From: Pseudomonadota bacterium
GTDB lineage: Bacteria > UBA10199 > 2-02-FULL-44-16 > JAAZCA01
NCBI GenBank assembly: GCA_043822785.1
Contig: JBDRBN010000024.1
Coordinates: forward strand, 1 to 39,719
Reading direction: 5' to 3'
DNA: 39,719 nt
Position numbers and translations under genes: made by a program. Below are positions 16,052 through 26,849 of this stretch, in pieces. How positions within the stretch are numbered: position 1 is the first letter of the stretch; each line of letters starts with the position of its first letter. The notes beneath the pieces were generated by a model that had not been told where the DNA came from, ran no database searches, and saw only the letters and a program-made list of their open reading frames with translations.

Positions 16052-19000
16052 ATGAAGGTTTTCATCTCTCAGCCCGGCCTTGGTGTCTTTATCGCAAGTG
16101 AATTTAGTGCGAGTATATTCGGATATCAGATGCCGAGCTTACAGATTACTGCAAGTACCAGTGCGATCTCTGTACAGCGAGGATTTATAAGCGCTGAAGA
16201 TACGTTTACTAAAAGTCTAGTTGTTCCTCATGAGATCGCCAAAAAAGGCATGCAAGTGATTCCGTTTTTTTCAGCAAGGATGGACCCGTTTAGGGCGCAG
16301 GCAGATTCAATATTGAATGCATATCCGAATTGGTTTCACGTCTCGAATTGGCAGGAGAAGCTTTCCGAATCTGAACACGAATTGTTTGAGGAAATAAAGT
16401 CTCTGCATGAAAAAAGCTGCAAATACTTTCTGAAGTTATTGGGCAGCCTGGATGCAGGAATCGAGCAGAGCTTTTATGATTCGTTCTATCGGGTCAGAGA
16501 TCGTTTGGAGAAGACTAGTGAAGAATTGGAACTGGTGTATCGCATTAAGCAGCACGACTATGCAGCAGATCTTCTGGATCGATCTCGCCTTTTAGCGCAG
16601 GAGTTATCAGAGCTGGGTCGAGATCTGGTGGCATGGGAGCATTCAACAACCTGGAAAGTTGGTCTTACAGAGATTCCCAAGGAGCGATGGCCAAGGCGAG
16701 TAAGACCAGAACCCAGTCCAGCAGAGCCGCGATTAAAGCCCGGGCAACGCATCAAGGCATTGATCAATAAACCCATCAAAGGCTTGCCAAAGTCATTGAG
16801 TCTACGTCCGCATCAGATTCAGATATTGGAAGCGATCCGAATCGATATGGCACGAGCGAGAAAACACGATGTTGATTTTGAGGGCACAGTCATATCACCA
16901 ACAGGTTCAGGCAAGACACGCAGCATGATCGCAACGATCGCAATGGCAGATCAGGAATGGGGATTGGGGTTTGAGAGCGGTAACAAAGTAATCATCACAA
17001 CGCATAGAAAGGTGATCGGAAGACAGAATCTTAAGGAAGTTGAGGAACTTCTAGGATCGTATTTTAGAGAGAAATATAAAAGATTTCTAAAGGTTAGTCA
17101 TGTGGGAGGAGGAAACAAGGATTACAGTGGTGATGTAATCATCGCAAGCATTCCAACTGTGGGAAAAGATCCTGAGGCAATGGTAAGAGATCTAAAGACA
17201 GAGCTGGGAGATGTGGCAACTGTACCTCTTCTTTTAATGGACGAGATCCATCATCATGAGGCAAGGACGTGGCAGGAAACCAAAAGGGCTTTGCAAAAGC
17301 TAAATTCCGAAGTTTACAGTCTAGGATTTACAGCTACACCCAGCGGCCAGGAGCCCAATCCAGTGATACGGCTCAAGCCCTATGAGTTAATCCGCAGCGG
17401 AGCCCTACCCAATCTGAACCTTATGCGCATAAATACGCGCATCCACTTGGATGGACTGCGCTCCACGCGCAAGGATTTTAATCAAGGAGATCTGTCAGAT
17501 GCGATTAACCTAAAGGAGCGTCATCGTCTAATCATGCGAGCTTTTGAAGCTAACGGAGTCAGGCAAGTGAGGGGTGGAGAAGAAGGCATGGCTCCTAGTT
17601 TATTTTTTGGCGTGGACTTAAAACACGTGATGGGGATGGCCGAGTATTATCAGGAATATTTTAAGAGCTGGGCTTTGGAGTTAAAGGATCGAAAAATACG
17701 CATCCTTGGTGCCAAAGGTAGTAATGGTAATGGATTGGAGAGGATGGATCTTAAAGAGGCCAAGGAAGTAATTGCGGAAGCTAAGGAGGATAAAGGAAGC
17801 GGACTGATCGCGGTTGTGTGGGGTACAATGCACAATAAGGTGCGCGATTTGATAATGAAGAAGTTTGAGGCAGGAGAGATAGAGGCAGTGTTTAACTGTG
17901 ATGTGTTGAGTGAAGGTTTTGATGGTCACTTTGTGAGAAACTTGATCGGAGCACGGCCTACATTATCAGCAATCACGAAGTATCAGGAAGCAGGAAGGAT
18001 TCTTCGCTATGGAGAAGAGGTTGATGATAGAGGAGTCCTACAAGAGGAGATCAAGCGAGTGGTAATAGATGTGCACGACATTTTGAGCGATGGCAGATAT
18101 CAGCACAGCTATCGAGAGGCGTATGGTATACCAAAAGTTATAGCATCAGGTGAGTTATATGATATTCGAGCAACAGAAAGCGCCAAGGCACCTGAAGCAT
18201 CTCCGCCACCCCCATCCGATTCCAATCCCGAAGAAAGCCCTGCACCAAAAGAGGAGCAAACACTCCTACCAGCAAACTGGCAAAGGCTATTGGATGAGCT
18301 GCTTGGACACTTGGACAAAGCATATGCAGGCGACATAGACCAGATGGCTCGTGATGTGGGCATGGGAGGAGATGAGCTTTTGAGTCTTTTGACTGAAGAT
18401 ACAGGAGAGATCAATCGGCGGTTGGTTAGGCGATTGGCAACGCTTTTATACTTGGACAGGCAGTATTTTGATGGGTCCTATATCCAAAGTTTAAAGGAAA
18501 GCGATGGGTATGAAGCGATAGCTGTGATGGAGCTCTTAAAGAGCGGGTTGGAGATATACTTTGAAGTAGAGGGAAAAGAGCCTGGGCCAGTTGAGATGAA
18601 TGTGGATTATGGAGTGGAGGAAGGTCGGATCAAGTTTACACCAAGCGCACTAAAGACTCTTTATCGAAACCAACTCCGTGACCAAGCGCTTGATCACTTG
18701 GCCCTTGGACTTTATCATTATTTCAAAATGCAAGAGGGTAGTAGGTGGGTGAGGGCAATAGGTGAGAGCATGGATGAATTAAGAGGGCATCGCTTGGAGT
18801 GGGATCCTAGCTTGCACGGTTTTAGGGGGCTTAAGAGTCTGGATGTATTGCTGCCAAGGCCGGCAAAGGTTGGAGAAGAATGGGTCTTAACCGGAGCTGC
18901 AATCTTAAAAGATGGAAAGATTTATGGTTCCTTAGGATTATTCTCATCTGTTCCTGCTGGGAGGGAATCGTATCATTATCCCAAAATCTGGCTAAAGTGG

Positions 19001-20086
19001 AGTGGGGAGGGGTGGGAGATCTGTCGGAAGGAAGGTAGTGGAGCTGACAAGGTTGCAGAGGCAATGGAGAAGGCGGGCTTAGCGCGTATGCGAGCTGATC
19101 TTAGGCTTGGAGGATTGAACGCATTGTCAGAACTAGCAGATCTACCAAAGGATTTTTTGAGTAAGGTGCATCGAGATATAGGTGATGCGGAGTTGAAAGA
19201 GGGAGAAGAATGGGTCTTAACCGGAGCTGCAATCTTAAAAGATGGAAAGATTTATGGTTCCTTAGGATTATTCTCATCTGTTCCTGCTGGGAGGGAATCG
19301 CCTAGTTATCCCAAAGTCTGGCTCAAGTGGAACGGGGAGGGGTGGGAGATCTGTCGTAAGCAAGGTAAGGGAGCTGACAAGGTTGCAGAAGCAATGGAGA
19401 AGGCGGGCTTAGCGCGTATGCGAGCTGATCTTAGGCTTGGAGAAGTGAGTAGCTTGTCAGACCTAGAAACTCTTCCAAAGGATTTTTTGAGTAATGTGCA
19501 TCGAGATATAAGCGCTACAGAATTAAGGATTGGTGAAGAATGGGTCTTAACCGGAGCTGCAATCTTAAAAGATGGAAAGATCTCTGGTTCCTTAGGATTA
19601 TTCTCATCTGTTCCTGCGGGGAGGGAAGCGAATCATTATCCCAAAATCTGGCTCAAGTGGAGTGGGGAGGGGTGGGAGATCTGTCGGAAGGAAGGTAGTG
19701 GAGCTGACAAGGTTGCAGAAGCAATAGAGAAAGCAGGCCTAGCGCGTATGCGAGCTGATGTAAGGCTTGGAGAAGTGAGTAGCTTGTCAGACCTAGAAAC
19801 TCTACCAAAGGATTTTTTGAGTAAGGTGCATCAAGATATAGGTGATGCGGAGCTTAGGAAGGGAGAAGAATGGGTCTTAACCGGAGCTAGGATCTCAAAA
19901 GATGGAAAGATCGAGGGTTCCTTAGGATTATTCTCATCTGTTCCTGCTGGGAGGGAATCGCCTAGTTATCCCAAAGTCTGGCTCAAGTGGAACGGGGAGG
20001 GGTGGGAGATCTGTGGGAAGGGAGGTAAAGGAGCTGACAAGGTTGCCCAAGCACTCCTCCATGCAGGTCTGGCGATTGAGAGCTAA
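16052..20086 (+). CDS. Large SF2 DExH helicase (ResIII/Irc3-like) with a possible HTH and C-terminal 110-aa tandem repeats
   Basis: SPTGSGKT, DEIH, TAT, LSEGFD, QEAGRILR motifs. Start uncertain (16052 or 16130). Confidence 0.9.
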   Translation: MKVFISQPGLGVFIASEFSASIFGYQMPSLQITASTSAISVQRGFISAEDTFTKSLVVPHEIAKKGMQVIPFFSARMDPFRAQADSILNAYPNWFHVSNWQEKLSESEHELFEEIKSLHEKSCKYFLKLLGSLDAGIEQSFYDSFYRVRDRLEKTSEELELVYRIKQHDYAADLLDRSRLLAQELSELGRDLVAWEHSTTWKVGLTEIPKERWPRRVRPEPSPAEPRLKPGQRIKALINKPIKGLPKSLSLRPHQIQILEAIRIDMARARKHDVDFEGTVISPTGSGKTRSMIATIAMADQEWGLGFESGNKVIITTHRKVIGRQNLKEVEELLGSYFREKYKRFLKVSHVGGGNKDYSGDVIIASIPTVGKDPEAMVRDLKTELGDVATVPLLLMDEIHHHEARTWQETKRALQKLNSEVYSLGFTATPSGQEPNPVIRLKPYELIRSGALPNLNLMRINTRIHLDGLRSTRKDFNQGDLSDAINLKERHRLIMRAFEANGVRQVRGGEEGMAPSLFFGVDLKHVMGMAEYYQEYFKSWALELKDRKIRILGAKGSNGNGLERMDLKEAKEVIAEAKEDKGSGLIAVVWGTMHNKVRDLIMKKFEAGEIEAVFNCDVLSEGFDGHFVRNLIGARPTLSAITKYQEAGRILRYGEEVDDRGVLQEEIKRVVIDVHDILSDGRYQHSYREAYGIPKVIASGELYDIRATESAKAPEASPPPPSDSNPEESPAPKEEQTLLPANWQRLLDELLGHLDKAYAGDIDQMARDVGMGGDELLSLLTEDTGEINRRLVRRLATLLYLDRQYFDGSYIQSLKESDGYEAIAVMELLKSGLEIYFEVEGKEPGPVEMNVDYGVEEGRIKFTPSALKTLYRNQLRDQALDHLALGLYHYFKMQEGSRWVRAIGESMDELRGHRLEWDPSLHGFRGLKSLDVLLPRPAKVGEEWVLTGAAILKDGKIYGSLGLFSSVPAGRESYHYPKIWLKWSGEGWEICRKEGSGADKVAEAMEKAGLARMRADLRLGGLNALSELADLPKDFLSKVHRDIGDAELKEGEEWVLTGAAILKDGKIYGSLGLFSSVPAGRESPSYPKVWLKWNGEGWEICRKQGKGADKVAEAMEKAGLARMRADLRLGEVSSLSDLETLPKDFLSNVHRDISATELRIGEEWVLTGAAILKDGKISGSLGLFSSVPAGREANHYPKIWLKWSGEGWEICRKEGSGADKVAEAIEKAGLARMRADVRLGEVSSLSDLETLPKDFLSKVHQDIGDAELRKGEEWVLTGARISKDGKIEGSLGLFSSVPAGRESPSYPKVWLKWNGEGWEICGKGGKGADKVAQALLHAGLAIES
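18872..20050 (+). repeat. Intragenic 330-bp tandem repeat (about 3.6 copies)
   Basis: GEEWVLTGA units start at 18872, 19202, 19532 and 19862. Confidence 0.95.
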
Positions 20087-20280
20087 TACCTGCTACTTTA
20101 AATGATTGTATACTTTTCAATAGAGAACATGCTCAAATACCAATCACCAAATTCCAAATAAATTCCAGATATCAAATTCCAATAACCCAAACACAGGCTT
20201 TTGGTGCTTGGAATTTGGCATAGCTGCATCATTTCGCTACAGCAGCGTTCGTCGCCTTCTTGATAAATAAGGGCTTTTTT

Positions 20281-20297
20281 TTGGCATGCCCTATGCA
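20281..20297 (+). promoter_or_regulatory. Possible sigma54 promoter
   Basis: TTGGCATGCCCTATGCA (GG-N10-GC) upstream of pgpA. Confidence 0.4.
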
Positions 20298-20362
20298 TTC
20301 CTTATCCATTGTCATTTTTTCATGGCAATGTTAGTGGTTCAAAAATTTTGGAGACACTTGTA

Positions 20363-20842
20363 ATGAGGCAGATCATCTTTTTTTTCGCCACTGGTTGTTA
20401 TTCAGGCAAGATTCCTCTAGCGCCTGGCACCTGGGGCACAATAGTGGGAGTAGCGCTCTATTGGCTGGTAAGGTATCTGTCTTATCCTGCGTATGCGGCT
20501 TTTGCTTTGGCGTTCATAGTTTTTGCCATTTGGGTTTCCACCAGGGCCCAGGAACAGTTTGAAGAGGTTGACCCGCCGCAGATTGTAATTGATGAGATCG
20601 CAGGCTTTATCGTGACCATGGCGTTTCACAGGCCTTCTTTTGCGCTGGCGGTCACGGGTTTTATTCTCTTTCGCATGTTCGACATTGTTAAGCCATGGCC
20701 TGTGCGCTGGCTGGAAAGGCGCTTTTCTGATGGCCGCGGCATTGTGCTGGATGATGTGATGGCAGGCATATATGCAAACATAACATTATTGGTATTTGAA
20801 ATTGTTCTGCCCGCATTTGGGATAAAAGGAATAAACTGGTAA
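20363..20842 (+). CDS. pgpA: Phosphatidylglycerophosphatase A
   Basis: APGTWGT, IVIDEIAG, FRMFDIVKPWP, LDDVMAG. Confidence 0.95.
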   Translation: MRQIIFFFATGCYSGKIPLAPGTWGTIVGVALYWLVRYLSYPAYAAFALAFIVFAIWVSTRAQEQFEEVDPPQIVIDEIAGFIVTMAFHRPSFALAVTGFILFRMFDIVKPWPVRWLERRFSDGRGIVLDDVMAGIYANITLLVFEIVLPAFGIKGINW

Positions 20843-20968
20843 AAGCGCAAGCAACGCCAGAAACGCAAGCAAAGTAAAACAAAGGCTGGTCCACGTTGCT
20901 GGCCTTGCTGGCACATAATTTTTTGTTTGGAATTTGAGTTATAAATTAATGAGCTAACCGAAAATCCT

Positions 20969-22117
20969 ATGAAAATAGAGATCATCACAACTGGCGATGA
21001 AGTGATGCAGGGCGTGATCGTGGATACGAACACGGCTTGGATTGCCGAGCGTTGCTGGGCATTTGGATTTGAGATCGTGCGCCATACCTCTATTGGTGAT
21101 GATGCAAATGCCATAGCTGATGCCCTAAAGCAGGCTGCAAAGCGGGCTGATGTTGTCATGGTCACTGGCGGTTTAGGGCCTACTGCTGACGATATCACTT
21201 TAGAGACTGCGGCCAAGGCGTTTGGCAAAAAGCTTATACGAAATGAGGGAGCGGCAGTGCTTGAAAATCGGGTGGGCACAGCCCCTGGAATTCGGGTTAA
21301 GCTGGGAGCAGCCGAGTTTTTCTTCCTGCCCGGCGTTCCAAAAGAGCTATATCAGATATTTGAAGATTCGGTCATGCCCTGGCTCAAAGAACATGCGCAA
21401 GCGACATACGCTGTGCGCGTACTTCGCTGTTTTGGAATCCCCGAGGCTTCTATAGATACGAAGCTATCAAGCATAGAGCTTGGCGAGGCACGGCTTTCGT
21501 TTCGCGTAAAATTTCCTGAGATCCTTCTTAAGCTCGTTGCGCGCGGAAAAGATCCTATCAAAGCGCAAAAGGCGGTTGATGATGCTGCCCATAATATAAT
21601 GAATAAGCTGGGCGATGTGGTATATGGCCAGGGCGAAGCAACGCTTGCCGAAGTTGTTGGAACATTGCTTAAGCAAAAAGGCTTTACCCTTTCTGTGGCT
21701 GAATCGTGCACCGGCGGCCTTATGTGCTCCATGATCACCGATGTGCCGGGGGCAAGCGATTATTTTGAACGCGGCGCTGTTTGCTACAGCAACCTCTCAA
21801 AACAACAGATGCTTGGCGTGCCTGGCAAAGTGATCGAGTCTGAGGGCGCAGTATCTAAGGATACGGTCATATCCATGGCAGAAGGTATAAGGCGCGAAAG
21901 CAAAACAGATATCGGCGTCGGCATCACTGGCATTGCCGGCCCCAGCGGAGGCACGCCAAATAAGCCGGTTGGAACCGTGCATATTGCTTTGGCCACGCCA
22001 GACGGCACTTGGGCGCGCGAATATCATTATGAGCGCGACCGCCTCTGGTTTAAGCAAATAGTGGCTGCAACCGCTTTGGATATGGTGAGAAAATACCTCT
22101 TGAAAAGTGAACTCTAA
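20969..22117 (+). CDS. cinA: Competence/damage-inducible protein CinA (MoCF-like domain + NMN deamidase)
   Basis: TGGLGPTADD, LPGVP, AESCTGG, TGIAGP. Confidence 0.95.
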   Translation: MKIEIITTGDEVMQGVIVDTNTAWIAERCWAFGFEIVRHTSIGDDANAIADALKQAAKRADVVMVTGGLGPTADDITLETAAKAFGKKLIRNEGAAVLENRVGTAPGIRVKLGAAEFFFLPGVPKELYQIFEDSVMPWLKEHAQATYAVRVLRCFGIPEASIDTKLSSIELGEARLSFRVKFPEILLKLVARGKDPIKAQKAVDDAAHNIMNKLGDVVYGQGEATLAEVVGTLLKQKGFTLSVAESCTGGLMCSMITDVPGASDYFERGAVCYSNLSKQQMLGVPGKVIESEGAVSKDTVISMAEGIRRESKTDIGVGITGIAGPSGGTPNKPVGTVHIALATPDGTWAREYHYERDRLWFKQIVAATALDMVRKYLLKSEL

Positions 22118-22118
22118 A

Positions 22119-22202
22119 CAGTGATCAGTAATCAGTGACCAGTAACCAGTATTAACAAACCATGGTTTTAAGGCACTGGTCACAGGTTACGAGTCACTAG
22201 TC
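22119..22202. repeat. Inverted heptamer repeat tract
   Basis: agtgatc-agtaatc-agtgacc-agtaacc ... cactggt-cacaggt-tacgagt-cactagt. Confidence 0.7.
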
Positions 22203-22213
22203 AGGGAATTTAT

Positions 22214-22795
22214 ATGAAGATCCGATCATTTCTCGCATTCGACATACCAGATAAGCTCAAAGCAGAGTTTGCCTCTGTAATCGAACTATTTGCGCCAAAG
22301 GTAAAGGGCATACGCTGGCTCACTCCAGAGCGCATGCACTGCACTCTGCGCTTTTTTGGAGATGTGGAGGAAGAGCTGCTTTTGGGTAAGCTCTCAGACG
22401 TTATCGAGCAAGAAGTGCGCCATCAATCGCCCATTCATCTAGAGGGGCATGGCATTGGCGTGTTTCCAAACTGGCGCTATCCAAGGGTTTTGTGGGCAGG
22501 GCTTATTGGTGAGACTGATTCTGTTATCTCTTTGCATGCCAAGCTCGAAAAGGCGTTTTTAGAGTTTGGATTTAAGAAAGACCCAAGGGCCCTTAGGCTG
22601 CATCTTACTTTGGGCCGTGCAAAAACCGCATTCAAAGATAAAGATGCTCTCATTGCTCTGGTCGAGAAAATGGCTGAACACGAGTTTTGCTCATTCGATA
22701 TAACTGAACTTGTGCTGTACAAGAGCGAGCTTACTAAAGAGGGTCCGATCTACACCGCCCTCAAGCGATTTTCTTTGGGCGCCGGCAAATTGTAA
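22214..22795 (+). CDS. thpR: RNA 2',3'-cyclic phosphodiesterase
   Basis: Two HxT motifs (HCTL, HLTL); cinA-thpR-recA context. Confidence 0.93.
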   Translation: MKIRSFLAFDIPDKLKAEFASVIELFAPKVKGIRWLTPERMHCTLRFFGDVEEELLLGKLSDVIEQEVRHQSPIHLEGHGIGVFPNWRYPRVLWAGLIGETDSVISLHAKLEKAFLEFGFKKDPRALRLHLTLGRAKTAFKDKDALIALVEKMAEHEFCSFDITELVLYKSELTKEGPIYTALKRFSLGAGKL

Positions 22796-22828
22796 CTAAC
22801 AAAATACGCATCACGAAAGGAGTCTTCC

Positions 22829-23917
22829 ATGACAAACACACCCACCCTTGATAACCGAGAAAAGGCCATAGGTTTAGCTGTTTCATCCATTGAAAAACAG
22901 TTTGGCAAAGGCGCGATCATGCGCCTTGGCAAAGACGAGCCGCTCGTGTCAGGAATAGAGGTTGTTTCCACAGGAGCGCTTTCTCTGGACATAGCGCTTG
23001 GCATAGGCGGTCTTCCACGCGGCCGCGTGATAGAGATCTATGGTCCCGAGTCTTCGGGCAAGACTACCTTGGCGCTTCAGGTTGTGGCCCAGGCACAAAA
23101 AAAAGGTGCGATAGCAGCTTACATTGATGCAGAGCATGCGCTTGATGTGGATTATGCGCGCAAGCTGGGCGTTCAGACCGAGGATTTGTTAATTAGCCAG
23201 CCAGATAGCGGCGAACAGGCCTTGGAGATTGCTGACATGCTTGTGCGTTCAGGTGCTGTTGGTGTTTTGGTCGTGGATTCTGTTGCAGCGCTTGTTCCGC
23301 GCGCAGAGCTCGATGGAGACATGGGCGATGCCCAAATGGGCGCGCAGGCAAGGCTCATGAGCCAGGCACTTCGCAAGCTAACTGCCGCCATCTCCAAATC
23401 CCAGACCATGGTGATTTTCATCAACCAGATCCGCATGAAGATAGGCGTGATGTTCGGAAACCCTGAAACTACCACTGGCGGCAATGCGCTTAAGTTTTAC
23501 TCATCAATTCGCTTAGATATCCGCCGCATCGCAGCCATCAAGCAGGCAGAGCAAGTGATTGGTTCGCGCACCCGCGTGAAAGTGGTAAAAAATAAAGTAG
23601 CTCCTCCGTTTAAGCAAGCTGAGTTCGACATACTCTATGGTGAGGGCGTATCGCGCGAGGGCGATGTGCTGGATTTGGCTACTGACATGGGCCTCGTTGA
23701 GAAGAGCGGCGCTTGGTTCTCCTTAGGTGACGATAGAATAGGCCAGGGCAGAGAAAACGCACGGCAGTTTTTAAAAGAGAATCCAAAGAGCCTCGAGCGG
23801 CTGGAGAAGGCTATTTTAGAAAAACACGGCATCGTGCGAAAGGCCGATCAGGTTAAGGGCGAGACCAAGGCTAAGGCTGAGACAAAGACAATTAAGCAAG
23901 CAACGCCAGCAACGTGA
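22829..23917 (+). CDS. recA: Recombinase A
   Basis: [29 protein letters not shown]. Confidence 0.99.
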   Translation: MTNTPTLDNREKAIGLAVSSIEKQFGKGAIMRLGKDEPLVSGIEVVSTGALSLDIALGIGGLPRGRVIEIYGPESSGKTTLALQVVAQAQKKGAIAAYIDAEHALDVDYARKLGVQTEDLLISQPDSGEQALEIADMLVRSGAVGVLVVDSVAALVPRAELDGDMGDAQMGAQARLMSQALRKLTAAISKSQTMVIFINQIRMKIGVMFGNPETTTGGNALKFYSSIRLDIRRIAAIKQAEQVIGSRTRVKVVKNKVAPPFKQAEFDILYGEGVSREGDVLDLATDMGLVEKSGAWFSLGDDRIGQGRENARQFLKENPKSLERLEKAILEKHGIVRKADQVKGETKAKAETKTIKQATPAT

Positions 23918-24195
23918 CAGAAAATTATCTTTAACTACCATGCATTTCCTCTGCGATTTGCAGGGCCCTTTGTTGAAAGGCTTTCAGTAGTGCACGTCGG
24001 TGCCAGGTAGATCTCATTTCGCCCGTTTGCGTTTGCGTGCCTGTTACCATACCTCTGCTCGTGCCAGGTTTTCCTATACCCCATGCTTGTCATTTGTTTT
24101 AGCTGGTGATAGGCTCGCGCGTCTTTTGGCAGGTGGGTAAAAGGACCTCTGTGTTAACATCTTGATATCATTAATTAAATAGGAGCCTACAGCTC

Positions 24196-26796
24196 ATGAA
24201 AGCAGCCGAGATTCGCGAGACGTTTCTATCGTATTTTGAAAAGAACGGGCACACGCGTGTTAAGAGCGCATCGCTCGTTCCCACAAATGATCCTACGCTC
24301 TTTTTCACCAACGCAGGCATGGTGCCGTTCAAAGAATTATTCACGGGCGAGGAAATCCCTCCGTACGCCCGTGCCTGTTCATCACAAAAGTGCATGCGCG
24401 TATCAGGCAAACACAATGATTTGGAAAATGTGGGCCATACGCCGCGGCACCATACCTTCTTTGAGATGCTGGGCAACTTTAGTTTTGGCGATTACTTTAA
24501 AAAACATGCCATAGCCTTTGCTTGGGAGCTCATGACAAAGGAGTATGGTCTTGATCCCAAGAGGATGGTGATCACCATCTTTCGGGATGATGATGAGGCA
24601 GAGAAGTTGTGGCTTAAGCACGTGCCAAAGGACAAAATCTATCGCCTTGGGGAGGAAGATAACTTCTGGGCCATGGGAGATACAGGACCTTGCGGTCCGT
24701 GCTCTGAGATCCTGTGGGATTTTGGCAAAGGTCCTTTTAGGGTGGATGATTTTGAATCTGATCGGTTCATGGAAATCTGGAACCTCGTTTTCATGCAGTT
24801 CAATCGCACAGCAACCGGAAAACTTTCAAAGCTCGATAAACCATGCATAGATACTGGTATGGGTCTGGAGCGCCTTGCAGCTGTTATGGAAGGAGTTGAG
24901 TCAAACTGGGAGACCGATCTTTTTAAGCCCATCATTGCAGAAGTGGCAAAGCTCACGAATACCAAGCCTGGCAAATCACCTGAAGCCGATGTCTCGCTTC
25001 GCGTTATAGCAGATCATCTCAGAGGTTCGGTGTTTCTCATCGGCGACGGCGTAATTCCATCAAACGAAGGTCGTGGTTATGTGCTGCGCAGAATCATAAG
25101 GCGTGCCATTCGTTATGGAAAACGCATTGGCAGGGATAGTCCGTTTCTCGCAGGGCTTGTGGGTGTAATCATCGACGAGATGAGTGGCGCATATCCAGAG
25201 CTTGCTACTCATGATCGGTTTATCACCAAGGTCATAGCATCCGAGGAAGAGCGCTTTTATGAAACACTGGACAAGGGTCTTGATCTCTTAATGTCCGAAG
25301 CTTCGCGCGCAAAGGATAAGACCATTTCAGGCGATGTGGCTTTTAAGCTGTACGATACATATGGTTTTCCGCTCGATGTAACACAGATTATAGCAGCGGA
25401 GCAGGGCATGGCAGTCGATGTGGATGGCTTTAATGCGCTCATGGAAAAACAGCGCGAACGCGCCCGCGCTAGTTGGAAAGGCACAGGCGAGGAGGTCGTG
25501 AGCAGCATATATAAGGATTTGGCTTCCAGCGGTATCAGTTCGTCGTTTGTAGGATACTCACAGGACAATGAAGAATCGAAGATCTTGGCTATCATCGCAA
25601 ACGGAAAGCGCGTTAACAAAGCAGGGCCAGGTGATGAGATAGAGTTCATCGCAGCTTCCACGCCTTTCTATGGCGAATCAGGCGGGCAGGTTGGCGATAC
25701 TGGGATGGCGGTTGCCGAGGGCATCGAGCTTCAAGTAACAGACACTAAGATGCCTTTGCCAAATCTCATCGTTCATAAGGCAAAAGTCGTGCGCGGTAAC
25801 ATATCTGAGGGTACAAACCTTACACTCGCTATCGATGCTGAGAAGCGCGAGCAAACGCGTTGCAATCACACTGCAACCCATCTATTGCACCGCGCTCTCA
25901 GAGAGGTTTTGGGCGAGCATGTAAAACAGGCAGGTTCGCTTGTGGCGCCTAATAGGTTTCGTTTTGATTTTTCTCACTTTCAGGCAATGACTCCAGAGGA
26001 GATACGTGAGGTAGAAAGGCGAGTGAACACTGCCATACGCAAAAACTATCCCGTGCTCACCTATGAGACATCATACGAAGAGGCTGTAGCCAGTGGGGCA
26101 TTGGCGTTCTTTGGTGAAAAGTACGGCGACAGAGTTCGCATGATAGACATATCTGGTTTTTCAAAAGAGCTTTGCGGAGGCACGCACGTGCATGCAGCTG
26201 GCGATATTGGCATGATGAAGATCATATCTGAGTCATCCGTTGCAGCAGGAGTCAGGCGCATTGAGGCAGTGACAGGTCGGGGTGTGGAAAAATATGTAAA
26301 TGAACTGCAGCAGAAGTTGGATGAGGCAGCCAAAGCTCTTCGCGCAACGCCTGGCGAGATAGCCGAGAAGGCAAAGAAACTTGCAGAACAGGTAGCTTCG
26401 CTCGAAAAGGAGTTAAAGAAGGCGCGCAGCCAAACAGCAGGATCTGGCATGGCAGATCTTATACAGAGGGTAAAGGATGTGAATGGCGTAAAGGTGCTTG
26501 CAGCAAAGGTGGATGCGCCTGATCGCAAGACGCTTGGCGAGTGGGCAGAGCAATATCGCGATAAGATGGGAGAAGGGGTTGCGGTTCTGGGCAGCGTCAT
26601 AGAGGAGAAGGTTGTTGTCATCGCAGCTGTGTCCAAGTCGCTTACTCCCAAGGTGCACGCAGGAAACATTGTCAAGCGCGCCTCTGAAATCGTGGGAGGA
26701 AAGGGCGGTGGACGAGCAGATTTTGCCCAGGGCGGCGGACCAGATCCTTCAAAGCTCGATGAAGCGCTTGAGAGTGTTCTGGATCTGTTGAAGTAA
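24196..26796 (+). CDS. alaS: Alanine--tRNA ligase
   Basis: FTNAGM, HHTFFEMLGNFSFGDYFK, HTATHLL, ELCGGTH. Confidence 0.99.
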   Translation: MKAAEIRETFLSYFEKNGHTRVKSASLVPTNDPTLFFTNAGMVPFKELFTGEEIPPYARACSSQKCMRVSGKHNDLENVGHTPRHHTFFEMLGNFSFGDYFKKHAIAFAWELMTKEYGLDPKRMVITIFRDDDEAEKLWLKHVPKDKIYRLGEEDNFWAMGDTGPCGPCSEILWDFGKGPFRVDDFESDRFMEIWNLVFMQFNRTATGKLSKLDKPCIDTGMGLERLAAVMEGVESNWETDLFKPIIAEVAKLTNTKPGKSPEADVSLRVIADHLRGSVFLIGDGVIPSNEGRGYVLRRIIRRAIRYGKRIGRDSPFLAGLVGVIIDEMSGAYPELATHDRFITKVIASEEERFYETLDKGLDLLMSEASRAKDKTISGDVAFKLYDTYGFPLDVTQIIAAEQGMAVDVDGFNALMEKQRERARASWKGTGEEVVSSIYKDLASSGISSSFVGYSQDNEESKILAIIANGKRVNKAGPGDEIEFIAASTPFYGESGGQVGDTGMAVAEGIELQVTDTKMPLPNLIVHKAKVVRGNISEGTNLTLAIDAEKREQTRCNHTATHLLHRALREVLGEHVKQAGSLVAPNRFRFDFSHFQAMTPEEIREVERRVNTAIRKNYPVLTYETSYEEAVASGALAFFGEKYGDRVRMIDISGFSKELCGGTHVHAAGDIGMMKIISESSVAAGVRRIEAVTGRGVEKYVNELQQKLDEAAKALRATPGEIAEKAKKLAEQVASLEKELKKARSQTAGSGMADLIQRVKDVNGVKVLAAKVDAPDRKTLGEWAEQYRDKMGEGVAVLGSVIEEKVVVIAAVSKSLTPKVHAGNIVKRASEIVGGKGGGRADFAQGGGPDPSKLDEALESVLDLLK

Positions 26797-26849
26797 AATG
26801 GAATGATTGACATGAAGGACGAGAGACGTTGGTATATCAGGAGGATTTT

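Noticed and set aside
18872..20050. Helicase repeats as a diversity-generating retroelement TR/VR pair
   Set aside because: No reverse transcriptase in the window, differences are not adenine-specific, and the repeats are in-frame and tandem.
23918..24195. ncRNA, T-box or recX in the recA-alaS gap
   Set aside because: No recognisable motif. Only a 52-codon antisense ORF without support.
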